NCBI GenBank assembly: GCA_012295275.1
Contig: CM022671.1
Location: 5,146,001-5,210,000 of the forward strand
From: Chrysomallon squamiferum
Taxonomy: Eukaryota > Animalia > Mollusca
Reading direction: 5' to 3'
DNA: 64,000 bases
Positions 18,916-33,024 of this stretch are shown here, one piece after another; position 1 is the first letter of the stretch; each line of letters begins with the position of its first letter. The notes below the pieces were generated by a model. The model had not been told where the DNA came from, made no database searches, and saw nothing but the letters and a program-made list of their open reading frames with translations. The position numbers were made by a program, and so were the translations under genes.

Positions 18916-21139
18916 AAAGTGATAAAGATAGATATAAAATAATTTGATTGTTGAGCACTATTCTATCATAAAGAGACTTTTGTTCTGAGTATTATTCTCT
19001 ATATATCTCACTCTGCAGCTTTTCCACTTTAGCAGTAAATGGATGACTTTGTTACAAAACATTAATTATAGAGTGGCATTGTCCCAATCTTAGAATTGCA
19101 TACTACATTTTTTTCATTAAGAAATTTTTGTTCTTAGTTTTGTATAATTTAAATAATTTTTAAAAAAAAAAAAAAAAAAAAATTAAAAATTAAAAATTCT
19201 GGGTTCTTATTCTAAAGCATATGTGTGTTTGCTGGGAATATTGAAGTATTATAATTTAGCAATTTGTTTGATGTTATTTCAGATGAACTTCTGTCTGACA
19301 GACCAGGATCTCCACCAGCAATTGAAGTGTCAAGAATCAGAACCAACTCCATTGACTCACGACCTCAGTGAGTTAGAGATTTTTTTTTAATAAAGCTTCT
19401 ACTTTAATTTTACTGTTTTGAACTGAGACATAATTGGAGTTAATTAATTATAATTATTTTTTACCAACTCATAATTTTTTGATAGATTTTATATCTTGTT
19501 TGTCTGTATTATCTGATAATTTTTTTAATATATTTGATTTATATTTAATTATGTTTTTTTTGTTAATGGGTAAGTTTGTAAAATATATAGGAAAACTTTC
19601 ATATTTATTTTGTCATGGGCCATGTAAAATATGTTTGACAAAAAAACATTTAATTTTAAGAGGATTAAGATGTACATTTAAACCATTATTTTAATAATAT
19701 AAGTAAAAAGTTAAATAATAATAATATTAATATTGACAGCAACAATAGTAAAAATTAATATTTAATAACAGTAAAAATAAATAGCAAAATAATAATAATA
19801 ATCATTTTAAAAAATAATAAAAATTAATATTAAATAACAGTAAAACAAAAAGTAATATTAATAACAAGAATAACAATAATTATCACAAAGCACACATTGC
19901 TCTTTAACAGCCAGTTTGATCCTCAAGCAATGGCCGAACCTGTCATGTTTACTGTGAGCCAGCCTGAAACAGTCTGGCACCACAGATACGTTCACGACAA
20001 ACAACACAGGTCACAGATGGAACCCGAGACTGTTCCATCGTTCCGTAGAGCCAGGACTCAGCTGTCCTTGCCACAGACAGTGGTGGAGAGAATCGTGGAT
20101 AACAAAGAGAAGTTCGAGCACCACCTCAAGAAGATGTCTCACCATCCGTTTGGAAGATTTGATCCGTGGAAGTTGGTGGAAGAGTGAGTGTAGAATTATT
20201 CTGTTCATTTTAGAATCAGAGAAGTTCTTAGAATGTTTTTATTGTTATTAATTTATCTCTATGTGTTTACACTGCATTTCTTTTAAAACTGTTCCTTGGG
20301 TAATGGGAAGAGTTCGTCAATAGGCCCATTGACACTATCAATTCATTATAAAAATGTGTTTATTATTCAAATTATTTTGTTTTATTTTTAATTTTTTCAC
20401 CGTTTCTGTCAGGAATGATTTTATTTTACATACAAATACTTATATTCTGGGGTAGATTCAAGTGTAAGCTAAATAATAAAACTGTCTTTATTTTGAAGAG
20501 ATATTTCAGAATTGTATTTTCTAACATTACAGGCTTACTCTCATAACTTAACACTTGTGAAATAATAATCCTTACAGTTTTATATAGCTTAGATTCTCAA
20601 GTTCTGAATACATTTAATCTGGTTATATTCAAAGCCTTATTCTCTGTAAACATTTGCCAAGTATAAATACAACTCCATTCAGTACCATTTTTGAGACCCA
20701 TTGTGTAAAATTATTATAAACATAGGTTTTTTTAATTTTCAGAATAACTGACCAGTTGATGGACGAATGTTTCAGAGATGTCGCTGACGAAATGGAAGAT
20801 ATTAATGACGCTATTGCAAACAATATGTACAAGTCTGAATTCATTGTGACCGATGGTCAGTCACCAGGAAATGAACAACTGCCCGACAGTGGAGAATCAC
20901 CAGAGAGTGGACAACTGCCCAATGGTCAGGAGTCGCCAGAGAGTCGCCAGTCACCAGACAGTGGGAGGTTTTTTGTTAGTGGTCACTCACCTGAACAGCA
21001 GCGAGTGCCAAGGAATAACGAAGAACAGGATGATGACCATGTGGATGATGATAATGATGATCACGTGGATGATGATGATGATCACATGGATGATGAATGG
21101 CTTAGTGACTCAGAGGATGACTATGTAGAAATTGCGTAA
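11156..21139 (+). CDS. KIAA0753: Protein moonraker / KIAA0753 (OFIP) orthologue, centriolar satellite protein; 17 coding exons, about 986 aa if a 1-nt frameshift in exon 14 is corrected
   Basis: Exons: 11156-11612, 12094-12252, 12698-12909, 13447-13671, 14000-14174, 14604-14663, 15073-15248, 15808-15962, 16661-16840, 17346-17382, 17502-17554, 17751-17817, 18253-18420, 18775-18857, 19283-19367, 19911-20183, 20743-21139. Motifs recognised from vertebrate moonraker: QNQLQFN, SSVSQDRMSLAVQLAKRDVK, RAARNIYNLRQQVRQIQ...KHTKKSQTMAKLAAAHRGAVR, and C-terminal SHHPFGRFDPWKLVEEITDQLMDECF...YKSEF. The small middle exons are less certain. Confidence 0.88.
13115..13329. mobile_element. Tc1/mariner-type MITE inserted in a (TA)n tract
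   Basis: Left TIR CAGGGGGTGCAAAAGTAGGTATACAGTA and right TIR TACTGTATACCTACTTTTGCAC(AC)ACCCCTCTG, with TA on both sides. Confidence 0.8.
16025..16260. mobile_element. Degraded pogo/Tigger-like MITE
   Basis: Imperfect inverted ends gaggacccct.tcatctgaaa and tttagataaggagtcctttacct; the 3' end resembles MER46/Tigger-type termini (recalled). Confidence 0.45.
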
Positions 21140-21599
21140 CTAGGATATTCTAAGATATTTTGTAACTCAAGGATATTTGTTGCTCAATCAACATTTATGA
21201 TATTATTTCATATTAGAGAAAAATGCAGCATACATGTGCCTAGAAAATATCTCTTCCACGTTTGTAAACAAATTAAATTTTTGTGCATTTTAACTGAATG
21301 AAATTACAGGCGCAGAACAATCAGGAATACTGACATTTTTAACCTAAGAATAATTTGGGATATTTTTAAATGAGGGAAGAAGACTGAAATAACTGATTGA
21401 CAGAAGATTTAAGTACTTCTTTTGGTCAATTTGTCTGTGATATTGTAAACACATAGAATGATATGTGACTGCAAGGTTTAGGAGTAGTTTAAAAGAACGA
21501 TTATCTGAGATAATAAATAGTTAAGTTACAGAATATTTGTAAATGGAGAAATGGGACATAAAAAGATGATAAAGTTTATCAATACATAAATACATGTAT

Positions 21600-21635
<36 letters not shown>

Positions 21636-23119
21636 CTGATTTTGCAACTTAGTACTAATCAGACATTTTTATTTCTCTACACATGCATTGTAAGGGTAAA
21701 CTTTAGGACACTTCTGTTGCAAAGAATTATATCTGCTGTATTTATTATTAAAAGAACTGGGTCATTTTTAATAAGGAACAAATGACTGGAAGTTGCAGGA
21801 TACCTTCATTTAATACTATAAAAATGGCTATTAAATGTTATTTTATATACATATTAATATCACTAACTGTTAATACAATTTTGGATTGATTAACCTTCAG
21901 TAAATATAATTTATGTAACATTAACAAGTAAAGAAAAGTCATACACAAAATTGTCAAATCATCAAAATTCAGCAACACATTAAACATTATATATCTCTTG
22001 CATAATCTGTGCCTCAGAAATGTGTGTTTCAGCATTTAGAAAATTATTTTCAAATTCATAGCAAACTGAATATCGAGTTAGTGTTGAAATCTTAAAATTT
22101 GGGTGCTATTCATTCATATTTCAGTTTGAATATTTAGAAAAACAAATGTATATTGTAGATTATATTTACTTTGATATAACTTAATGTCAATAGATTTTAT
22201 GTGTGTATATATACAAATATATATCTATTTTCGTAAATTATGTATACAAAGATTGATGAGATATATTAACAAATCTCTTGGTTATTATTATTTTTTTTTT
22301 ACATTAAAACTTTTTTTTAGAAAACTGGCTATTGTTTTTTTAATTCACCTGATAATTATCAGTGTAATTAAATAAAGGATGTACTCGAGGAAGAATGTAT
22401 TCACAACAATGAATAATCACATGAAGGACATTTAGGTTAAAAGCTTCATCTGCAGTATTTTCTCGATTTTAAGCTGCAAGAAGAAATAAATAAATAGTGC
22501 CTTCGAGTATTTGAAACTTCAAACCAACCTTTCCTAACAATAAAGTAGAAAAATGTAATTAAATTTGAAAGAACATACATTTTCTAATTCCCCCTCCTTA
22601 TTGTGTTGTTATATTTCACTATATCATAGTATATGGACGAAGAATTGATTAGACTCATATTTAGAAAAACAACGCTGCAAAGCTTTGTTCATCTTTTGAG
22701 AGACCTGTAATTAATGTTATTATCTACCATTTATGTCAAAACAAACTATTCATCACACAAGAGAAAGATACAAATCTGTTCATTCACACGTACACAAATT
22801 CATTTGTGACAAATTTAAACATCACTGATCATTACTTTACCATGACTTTGTCAACAGTCATGTAATTTTTGTAATGTTTTTAACTTTTATACCCTCACCC
22901 TGCTGGGAAAAATCATTTTTTTATGTAAGGCTAATAAGTATTTGCATTTTACGTGTGGAATATCTTGGAACTATATTTAAATAAACGTCAATAACAATAT
23001 GAATTGAGCAATATTTATTCAAAAAATGTACAGAATAAATGCACCTTAAACCTTGAAAAAAATTAATGTGCTAATCACAGGAAGCTGTTGTGAAGCATGT
23101 CTGTGACAGTCACACTTTC

Positions 23120-26100
23120 TGACAGTTCAGTGGGCGTGTCTGTTGCAGAAAAGAGTTTTGGGAAAGGAAAGAGAGTGGGTTCTCATTACAATTGCTGGAC
23201 ACAGGGGAGTGTCCAGCATATCGGATCGTAATGAATCGGTTGCGATGTTTCTTAGACGTTATCTACTCCTTGTTGTTTCTGGCACTTGTCTAGTTCATTG
23301 AATGTCTCGTATTCGTCACGAGGTCTGTGTTGTTGGTTGGGTCCTGTTTGCTTGTTCTTTCTGGCAGCTTCCCTCTGGTCCAACAATTCCAAACCTTTTT
23401 TTTTTCTTTTTTTTTTTCTGCCAATTGTCTTTTTATTGATTTAAAAGATGCTATAAACACCTGCAACTAAAAAGAATAAAAACATGAACATAGTGAACTT
23501 ATTTACATTTATTATGTACTTTTTTTTAAATCCAGTAACCGGGTTAGTCTGAAAGTAAGTACGTTATGTTTTCTTTTGTTTGTTTTTTAATTATTATTAA
23601 TTTAATTGGCTAATCAAACTGATCCGTCAATCAGCCGATCCATCCATAAATCAATTGGCTGTTCAACAAATCAGTCTGTAAGTCAATAAATTCAATTTTT
23701 GTTTGTTTTTGTGTCAAAAAAATAAAATAAAAAATTGAAACTTTCAACTCCAAGAGTCTAAAGTTTGTGTTTTGTGTTCAGAATGTACATTGTTACTGTT
23801 ACTCTCTGTCTTTCAAGTTTGGTGCCAAGATATTTTGGAGTGGAGGAGTGACAGTTCACTTTGACTGCTATGGATCTGTTGTTGATGAAGTCTTTAATGA
23901 AGATGAACAACTTGCCTTTGATGTTGTTGTTGATTAATTTGACAAGCAGTCCTTCCCTCCATACCATGTTGAAGGCTTTTTCAATGTCTATGAATGTTGC
24001 GATGACTTTTTCGATTTCCTAAAAGACTGGTTGATTGATGTTTGCATACAGGTGATCTGGTCATTTGTGCTGTGTTTCTTCTTGAAGCCACTTTGATATT
24101 TACTAATTCAATTGTTGTCGTGTAGTTGCTGATTCAAGCGTGTCTTGATCATGGTTTCCAGTGTTTTGCACATGTGTGACGTCAGTGTGATCGGTCTGTA
24201 GCTGTTGGGTAGTGAGTGATTGGCAAGCTTAAACATTTGGCGTGTTTCCAGTTTGTTGGAATCTTGCCTGTGGTCCATATTGTGTTGTAGAGATCGAGTA
24301 CAATGAGTAGTGTTTCATCTGGTAGGTGTTGTAGTATTGTGTAGCTTATTTTGTCTGGCTGTACTTTTCTTGTTTTTCAGGGCATGTTTTAATTTGCTGA
24401 TGTTGAAGAGTTGATTGTATTTCATGTGTCTGCAGAATGTTTGTCAATTGTTAGGCTGTCCAGTGGTTTCTTTGTGAATTTCAGTGGGAAGTTAGAGTTG
24501 CTGCTGGACTTTGCAAAGGTTTGGCCAAGTAGGTCTGCTTTTTGCTTGTCACTGAATGCGCTGCTTTTGCTGAGAGTGTTGATACTGTTTTTTTTTTTTG
24601 CCTTGGATGTTTTTCATTTTGGACCATATGTCTTTGACTGATAATTTGTTGTCAATGTTGTTGCAAAAAAGTTCCCACAGTTCTTGTTTTGCAGTGAGAA
24701 TTGGGTTGGTGTCATTTCTATCTTTTGTCATTTTGTGACAATAGTCTTCTGAATTTGTTTCTTTCTTTGCATTTCTTTTCTATGCATTTCATTCACCAGG
24801 GACTGGATATTTTCCAGTGCAATGTCTGGTTATGGGTATAATCTGTTGGCAATCGAGTGTATCGTGTTGGTGAGTGATGTGCTATAGGTGTTGACGTCGT
24901 TGGGGTTCTCTATGGTGATGTTTGTAGAAGTTCCATTTGGGTGTGAAAATGGATCTGTCCGAGAAACTGTTCTTGCTGTTGTAGTTGGTGAGTATTGGGT
25001 GATGGTTGCTGTTTAGTTCTCAGAGCACTGTGATGTCCTTGCTTGTGAATGTTAGATCAATGGCAGTTTGGGCACCATTGATGTCACTGGTATATGTTCA
25101 GACAGACCAGCTGGTTTTGCTCTATGAAGTTTTCGAGGATGATTCCAGGGCTGTCATCTGTCAAGCCACCCCATAAGGTGTTGTAATTTCCCACTATAAT
25201 GAGCTTGTTGTTTGTTATCATTTTGTTGAAGTCGTGGGTTTGGATGGTGTATAGTGCGGGAGTGGGTGGGCTGTACATGTTAATTATGTTGATGTTTCAA
25301 TTGTTGTTGTGTACTGTGATGCTTAGTAGTTCTATGTTGGCATGGACTTTGCCTTGGTTCAGCTTGGTGTGTGGATTGTCTTGTTTGACGAGTGTCATGG
25401 GCACTTTTGTAATGTGATGAGTGTGGACCCTGGCAATTCGCACACTTTGCCAAGGAACGGCACTGTCCCGAGTTTCTGTGGCAATTTCCACTGCAGAAAC
25501 TGCATGTTAGCGATTTCGGGTTGTGTCTGTGGGTGCATTGGTTTGAGATGTGCCCCCATTTCTGACAGTGTCCGCACTTGGGCAACTGCAGCCTCATTTC
25601 TGTCAGTGTGTATCTGTACCCATCAATGGTGATGGTTGTGTTTGTTAATTTGCTGCTAAATGTCATGGACTTTGGTCCAGTAGCTTGGATTTTTCCACAC
25701 CGACTAATTTAGTATTTGTTTGTTCTATTATTTCTTTGTTAAACATCTCAAAGAAATCATGTTTGTCCACATACGGGTAGTAAAAACCCAAAGCATTGGA
25801 GATGTATTTGTGAATTGTTGTTTCTTTGTTTTTTGTTTCGGCTGCTGTTGTGTGAGTAGTGTATTTCTGGGTAGTGGTGTGGGTGTTTTCTTTGTTTCTT
25901 TGGCGTCGGGGATTATTGTTGGTAATACCCTGACAATAAATACTTCATCCCAGATAGTTATGGGGACCTATAGCTTTTACTGATTTTGTATCTATTTCGA
26001 AATATATTTCTTTTCCATTTTGATTTTTGTTAACATTAGTTGTTTTGTCTATGATATGTATATGTGCTTCTTACATATATCGCAATCTTTTTTCGATATC

Positions 26101-26300
26101 TGTCTGGGTTTTTTGTGGATCGCAATGGTAGCTCAGTGATCAATGTGTTTTGTTTTTTTGCCTTTTTATTGTTTCCCAAATGTTTTGATCGCTTTCGTTT
26201 TTGGTGTCACTGTCGCATAGCCTCACTAATGTGGGTAAGTTTCTGTTAATGATTTTTTGTTCTGCTGTTTCCTCCGTGTCAGAATGTGTGGATGTATTGT
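23120..26300 (-). mobile_element. Decayed non-LTR retrotransposon (I-group LINE) with gag zinc knuckles, APE endonuclease and reverse transcriptase remnants
   Basis: Minus-strand fragments: ORF1 knuckles CGHCQKWGHISNQC and CANCQGPH (25410-25580); endonuclease IINMYSPP, IIVGNYN and TAIDLTFTS (25040-25300); RT motifs SYRPITLTSHMCKTLETMI, QSGFKKKHST and FIDIEKAFNMVWREGLLVKL (23820-24270); possible C-terminal RLR...CP segment at 23170-23400. Many frameshifts and internal deletions; both ends are approximate. Confidence 0.85.
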
Positions 26301-26599
26301 TTCTCCTTTTTTGTCTCCTGTTACTATTGTTTTTTTCTACGGAGCTAAAGCTCCTGTCCCATTTCGGAGTCTAGTCTGTTCTGAGAATCCGATAAATGCA
26401 CGTGGTAGTCAATGTTTTATATCGTGCAGAAAACGAGGGGAGGTCACTGTCATTTTGTTACGAATCGGCTGTAATGTACATGATATGGGTTTATTCGAAT
26501 ATTTGCATACATTTTGATTTTTCGCCCATTTTCTGGTTATTTCTGGATTAAAATAATTATTGATCAAATGGCTGAAGTTAAGGAGAAATGTTAGATGTG

Positions 26600-26661
26600 A
26601 AATGTCGCATGCCAGCTTTACTCAAAAGAAACCGGAAACACTTTATTTGAAGCTAAACAAG
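26600..26661 (+). promoter_or_regulatory. PDCL promoter / non-coding first exon
   Basis: CpG-retaining patch, ETS-like ACCGGAAA at 26631, donor AAG|GTAAAT at 26661, acceptor TTAG at 26904 upstream of ATG 26927. Confidence 0.55.
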
Positions 26662-26926
26662 GTAAATCAGTTTCCTTGTTTGCATTGTTTTATTTATTTT
26701 TGTTAGGAATAATACATATTTAAATTATGTATCATCTACGTAATATTTGTTTCATGGTATACACATGTTGCGGTCTATATGGTTTATTTTCTTGTAATAT
26801 TTATAGTATATATTGTTAGATGTAATAAAATTTATAAAGAATTTTTATTTTTATTTTACCAATTAAATTATAATTAACATAATGTAATAATTAATTAATT
26901 TTAGATTTGGTTTTATAAAGACAAAC

Positions 26927-28595
26927 ATGGCTCTTAGTCTAGATGATAAACTGCTTGGAGAAAAAACGCACTATTATTGTAGTAGCAGTGAAGATGAAGG
27001 TGAAGAAGAAGACGATGACAATGCTGATTCTAGAGGAAAGTCAAATAAACAGGAAGAAGGATCTTCTCTTGCAGAACCAGATATTCACAACTACCAAGGA
27101 TATTGTACAAATGTATGTGATAAATAAATAAGTAAATAAACTTAATAATAATAAAATGTATTATAAGAAAGACATGTATTATGATTAACATATTTAAATA
27201 TATTGATATAAATATATACTTCATATAAATATTTTTAAAAAAAAAAAAAAAAAAAAAAGAAGATGATAAAAATAATAATAAAAAGTAAACAAATTATTTA
27301 TTCTAGTATTTCAGTTATTTCTTTATCAATTTGGCATAATAGTTGTGATGTGGTTCAAGCTGTTTGTTTTATTTTGCTAAATACAAGCTGAATGTTTCAT
27401 ACTAATTTTGTGACACTTGTTTATTTTTCAGACTGGTCCAAAAGGAGTGATAACAGACTGGAGAGAGTATAAAAAATTAGAAACAGAGAAACGAGAGCAT
27501 CAGGAGAAAGAGAAACTAGAACTCGCCAAAAAACTCTGTTTCACCTGTAAATCTCAGGTGTGCATCTTGTTTGCAGTTTTAAAATTTTATCTTATTTACA
27601 GGTTTAATTGAACAAGCTAAAAAATTGTGGCTTACCTATAAATTTCAGGTTTCCACTTTTTTATAGTTTTAACTGAAGTACATAAAAACTGCCTCTTACA
27701 TGCAAATTGTAGTTTTGCAGTTTTGTTTTCTTGTAACAGAACTCAAATGCAAATCTAAGAAATATATATATTTTTTGTAAACATTTTAAATATAAAAGTT
27801 TATGGTGAACAGATTAAAAGGAGTATGAAGCTACTAGAAGAGTAGAGTATGACATAATTAAAAATGTGTGTAGAATTAATGGCATAGGATTTGAAAATTT
27901 TGTTAAAAATATGGATAGACTAAATTTAACATTTAACCAGTTGAGGCTTTAGTGATCCATAGTCAACCAAAATGTTGTGACTTCAGTAAGGAATATTCAA
28001 CAGATTAACTCTGAAAATGAAACTTTCTGCCATCCCATAATATGTCAACACACAAAATTATCAGTTAACTGGAATAATTAAACTACAGAAACATTTTTAT
28101 TTCCTATACATAAGTCTGAAATGGTTAACTCAGTTAACATCTATAGCTTAATTACAACAAATACCAGCATGGCAGAATTCCTGGGTGTTTGGAGCAGATT
28201 TAATGTAGAGTTGATGTGGCTAATCCATTAAACTGTTATGTTTTGTGAGGCAGAAAAGTCTTGTATAATTCCAAAAATTTCTTCAGTGTGTTTGGTTTTA
28301 TTTCAGACAGATGATGATAAAACTGGTGAAGGGAATGGTCTTCCAGAATCACTGCTTGAAGAACTTGAAGATGAATTTCTAAAAGAATATCGAAGGAAAA
28401 GAATTGAGGAGATGAAGAGGTCTTTACAACGTGTGTAAGGTTTTCTGTTTTGTTTTCATTGGTTTAGAGATAATTAATGGATTATCTAGTTACATTTCTG
28501 AGTTTCTGGTCATATTCTTCAATTTGGTGTTGTTTATTCTGACGATATAAACTGAGTTTAGTTCAGAAATTTTAATGAAATGTATTTCTGTCTGT

Positions 28596-28631
<36 letters not shown>

Positions 28632-30909
28632 GAGGTCTCTCTGGCTTTGATGTAATTTGGTAGACATTAAATTGGGATTATGAGCACATACATGATCAGC
28701 CACCCTCACGTTGTTCTGTAACCATCAAACTCATGGTGAACATACAAAGTCAATCAGCAAATCTGCATCAAATTTTGTTACAAACATTCATCCCTGGAAA
28801 CTATTCATACGATCAGTAAGACTTTTCAGGATACTTTCCAGACAGATCTCACTGACAAACATTTCAAAATTAGCTAAAGTTTAGTTAAAGTACACACAAC
28901 AGCAGTGATAAATTGTGGCACAGTATTAACTTATTAAGTTTATATTATTCGAGTTTGGTCAAGTTTCATAGTTGTTATGTTTTACTTTCAGGCCACAGTT
29001 TGGAAAGCTGATTCATTTGAAGTCAAGGAAGGAATACTTGGACGCCATTGACAAAGAAGATCCACAAGTCACAATTGTTGTGCACATTTATGAAGATGTA
29101 AGTTCAAAATTTAAAAAAAAAATTAATCCTTAGACTTTAATATGAAATAATTTGAATAACTGTTTCATAATGGAATTTTGTTTTTTGTTTTTCTTCTTTA
29201 CTAAGACATGAATTTAGTGGAAATTATTATTTTTTTTTAAACATAGCATTAAAAAATTAATTAAAAAGTAACTGCTTAGAGTCTGATTTTATTTTTTATT
29301 TTTGTGACAATAGATTTCAACAAAAATAAAATACCATTCTTCAAGAAAAATTAAAAAGAACAAATGCATTGTTTTTAGAAATTATTTTAAAGAGCCATAC
29401 TCTTCAACTGACAGTGCATAAGCAAAATTAAAAAAAAAAAAAAAAAAATATCTACTATATTTATAATAAGAAATTTGTAAAAGTTAACACATGTAAACAA
29501 AACTTACACTTGAACTATCCTGTCTCCCAACAACATTAGGATATCTGGGATAAATATCAATTTTATTGTATTTAGGGTGTGGCAGCCTGTGATGCAATGA
29601 ATGGCTGTTTGATGTGTCTCGCCCAGGAATACCCCACGGTGAAGTTCTGTAACATGAAGGCATCAACTGCGATGATGAGCTTTAAATTTGTAAGACTTAA
29701 ATTTTTGTTATTCATCCAGTTTTAATTCTTACATAATCACAAACAGCATGGATCAAGTCTTCTTGGTGAATTTATGATGATTTTTTTTCCCATTCCAGCC
29801 AGTTAAATGTTATTTTATTAATGATGATGATCATGCAGGGGCAATGTCAGCCAAAAGGACATATAATTTCTACTGCTGAAAAATAAATGTATTTTCTTTA
29901 GTTATAAAACTAAACTTTACTATGTTATTTATTGTAAAGCTTAGCCCAGCATGTGTATATCTTTCCAACAATTAAAATGTTAATTTTTCATTAAGAGAGC
30001 ATCACTTTGTTTATTTTCTGAATTCAATTTTTATTATTATTATTTGTTTTTGAACATGCTGAGTAAAATTAAATTATTGCTACTGCTCTTATTATTATTA
30101 TTATTATTTATTGTTTATTATTATTATTATTATTAATATTGTTTTTATTGCTGTTTTGTTGTCATTGTTATTATCAATTATTATTATTATTATTTTTATT
30201 TTTTTATTTGTTTTTATAAATGTACAGACAGAAAATGGGATACCAGCTCTGTTAGTTTACAAAAGTGGGTTGTTGATAGGAAATTTTATTCGGATGACTG
30301 ACGAATTTGGTGAAGATTTCTTTGCAACAGAACTTGAAAGTTTTCTGCAAGAGTAAGTTTGGTTATATTGTATTTAATTATATATAAAACTCTTCTTTTT
30401 TTTTTTTTTTAATTAATAAAATAAATAATATGCATCCCTTCCTCATCAAATCAAAACAAACAACAAATAAGCCAATAAATAAATAAAAAATAATTATAAT
30501 AAGAACAGAATTTAAAATTAGGTTTATCGATGGCTTAAAAGTATCAAATTAAAAAAAAAAAAAAAATAATGTTAAAATGTAAATGTTTATAAAATGCATT
30601 TATTTTTTCCCAGTTTGGAAATAAAACATAAAACATTCATTCATGTTTGACTATTAAAAAATACAATTTTGAGAAAATATTTCCATGAAGAATGATTTCT
30701 GAAAGTCTAAACGTGATTTAATTTACCTTTCTAAAGCATATTGGAGTTTTTTCACTTAAAATATCTGTAAATACTTTTTTTTCAGACATGGCTTTTTGCC
30801 TTCACTCCAGAAAGAACTGAATGATGTGATTCGAGACAAACATTCTGGCAATCTGAGATCCAGTCAGACTCAGGATGATGACAGTGGGAGTGACTTTGAC
30901 ATTGACTAA
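26927..30909 (+). CDS. PDCL: Phosducin-like protein 1 (PhLP1), CCT co-chaperone for G-beta-gamma assembly; 7 coding exons, 302 aa
   Basis: Exons: 26927-27112, 27432-27557, 28307-28434, 28992-29097, 29576-29689, 30228-30352, 30786-30909; 909 nt, in frame, ending in TAA. Diagnostic motifs: [33 protein letters not shown], thioredoxin-like domain [17 protein letters not shown] and [27 protein letters not shown]. Confidence 0.96.
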
Positions 30910-32696
30910 TCACTGAAAACATTTCACTTAGCTGAGGACAACATTTCTTTCTCACTACAGTGTTCCTGTTGTGTTAACAAATAGCTTAAATACATTTTCC
31001 ATGCTTCCATGTGACTGTTTTGTTTATTTTCTAAGCACTGATTTTGGGTCATATCTAAGAATGACAACAACAACAACAACAACAAAAAAAAGTGTTGTTT
31101 TTCTTTGGTTGTTGTGTTTATATATATCATTATTTATACTGCATGGAGTTTTAAGTTATTAATATACTTTATCATTAGCAAAGTACATATATTGGTTGTT
31201 AGTAATAAACAAAACAAGTACTTGGAGGTGCATCAAATGTATTTTTTGGCTGTTTGTTTGCAGTTTAAAACCTTTTACAAACTAGTCATAAATATTTTTT
31301 TAATTATTGTAAACAGGTGCAGCAAAAAATATTTTCTTATAATGCATTTTTGCACGTCACTTTCAAACAGTATCTTGAAAAAAAACAATACTTAAAGCTC
31401 AAGAGCAGGTGAACCAAAAAAAACAAAAAAGAAAGAAAAGAAAGATATCACAAATTGTTCTCTTTATTTGCTTATTTATTTAAAAAAAAAAACTCAAACC
31501 CCCAATCAAAACCAACCAAAAAAAAACTACCCAGAAAGGACCAAACAGTGACCTTTGCATTGTAACTGAATATTACTTTTAAATATGCAGAAAATATTTG
31601 ATTTCAAAAGCTGATGAAAGAAAATTAATCAAAACTTTCAGAAAAAAAAAAAATATATATTATGGTTACTGATGTCACTAAGCAAAGTGAACATTAAATT
31701 AAAAAAATAAGGATGTCAAAAAAAAAAATAAAAATAAAAAATAAATAAATAAAATAATAATAATAATAAAAATTAAACAAATAAAAATTTATTTTAATGG
31801 TTCCTTTCAATATGGGATGAATATTATGCATAGTACAATTGTTATTTATTTTAATAGAATTTACATGTGTTTTGTTCATATTTTTATTTTGTTTTATTTT
31901 AAAATATATTTCTTAATTCTGTAAATGTATGTAGTGTTATGATTATGTTACTGTTGTGTTAATCATAATAAAGTGATAATAATTTACCATCATCATCACC
32001 ATCATTACTATGATTATTATTACTTTTATTGTTATTGTTATTATTTTAGTATAGTTATTCTTATTAGTAGTAGTAGTATTTTTGTTATTATTATTATTAT
32101 TATGAAAAGTTTGCTTGTAATTTTTAATTTTAATTTTTCTTCATAAATTGCATTTCCGTATCCATCATGAAAAATGTTCATTTGTTATTTTTCACCAAGC
32201 CAGTCATTGTTCTGGGTTATCAAAGTCTATGATATGTGTTTTCCTGTCTCTGGGTACGTGCATATAAAATATTATTTACAGCTAACCAGAGTAGTCCATG
32301 TAATGGCAACAGTAAGTTTTCTAAGATTTCATCATATCATCACAAAAACAATTTAATACTTAAAATTGTTACGCTAAAGTATTCAAGGGGCGTTACTCTT
32401 GAACACTTAATGTTAAAATTTTGGAGCCTTGTTTTATACGAGCATTAGAATATTGAGATCGAATGATTTATTTTTTTATTTATTTTAAAATATTATTATT
32501 ACTTACTTATTATTTAACTTTATTATTATTTTATTATGTTAGACCCATTTTCTAATATTTAATACTTTTGTTTTTATGATAATGGTGCTTCAGTGACATT
32601 ACAATATTTACGTTTTTGTGGGAATTATATATATGAATTTTATTGTGTAACAAATATATTGTTTTATGTTGTTGCTGTTGGATAATGCTGAAAACA

Positions 32697-32770
32697 AATA
32701 AAGTAATATGCATAAGAAATGTAATTTCTTTTTTCTTCTTTTGTGTGTTTGTTATGTTGTTTGTTTGTTT
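32697..32770 (+). terminator. Candidate PDCL polyadenylation signal with GU/U-rich downstream element
   Basis: AATAAA at 32697-32702 followed by a T/GT-rich tract at about 32725-32790. It lies where the CpG-depleted domain ends; other upstream AATAAA hexamers exist. Confidence 0.4.
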
Positions 32771-32973
32771 TTAATGTTGTTTTGGGTTTTTTTTTTTCTA
32801 TAATTCAGTGATAGATTTGAAGTGTTTTGTAATTTTTGTCAAGATTCTCGATGCTTATTTGGTTTCTGTGGGAAAATTCATATAAAAGATTTCTTCTCAT
32901 GATGGAAATATCGATCGTTATGTTTAAATAAAATTTGTTGAAATAACAAGTGCTCGACGTAAAATCCATCATA

Positions 32974-33024
<51 letters not shown>

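Noticed and set aside
22634-22654. TGGACGAAGAATTGATTAGAC resembling miR-184
   Set aside because: There is a mismatch in the seed and several elsewhere, and no convincing complementary star arm.
29821-29880. Possible C/D box snoRNA (ATGATGA...CTGA) in a PDCL intron
   Set aside because: No recognisable rRNA guide; the segment is better explained as the decayed body of the SINE whose head lies just upstream.
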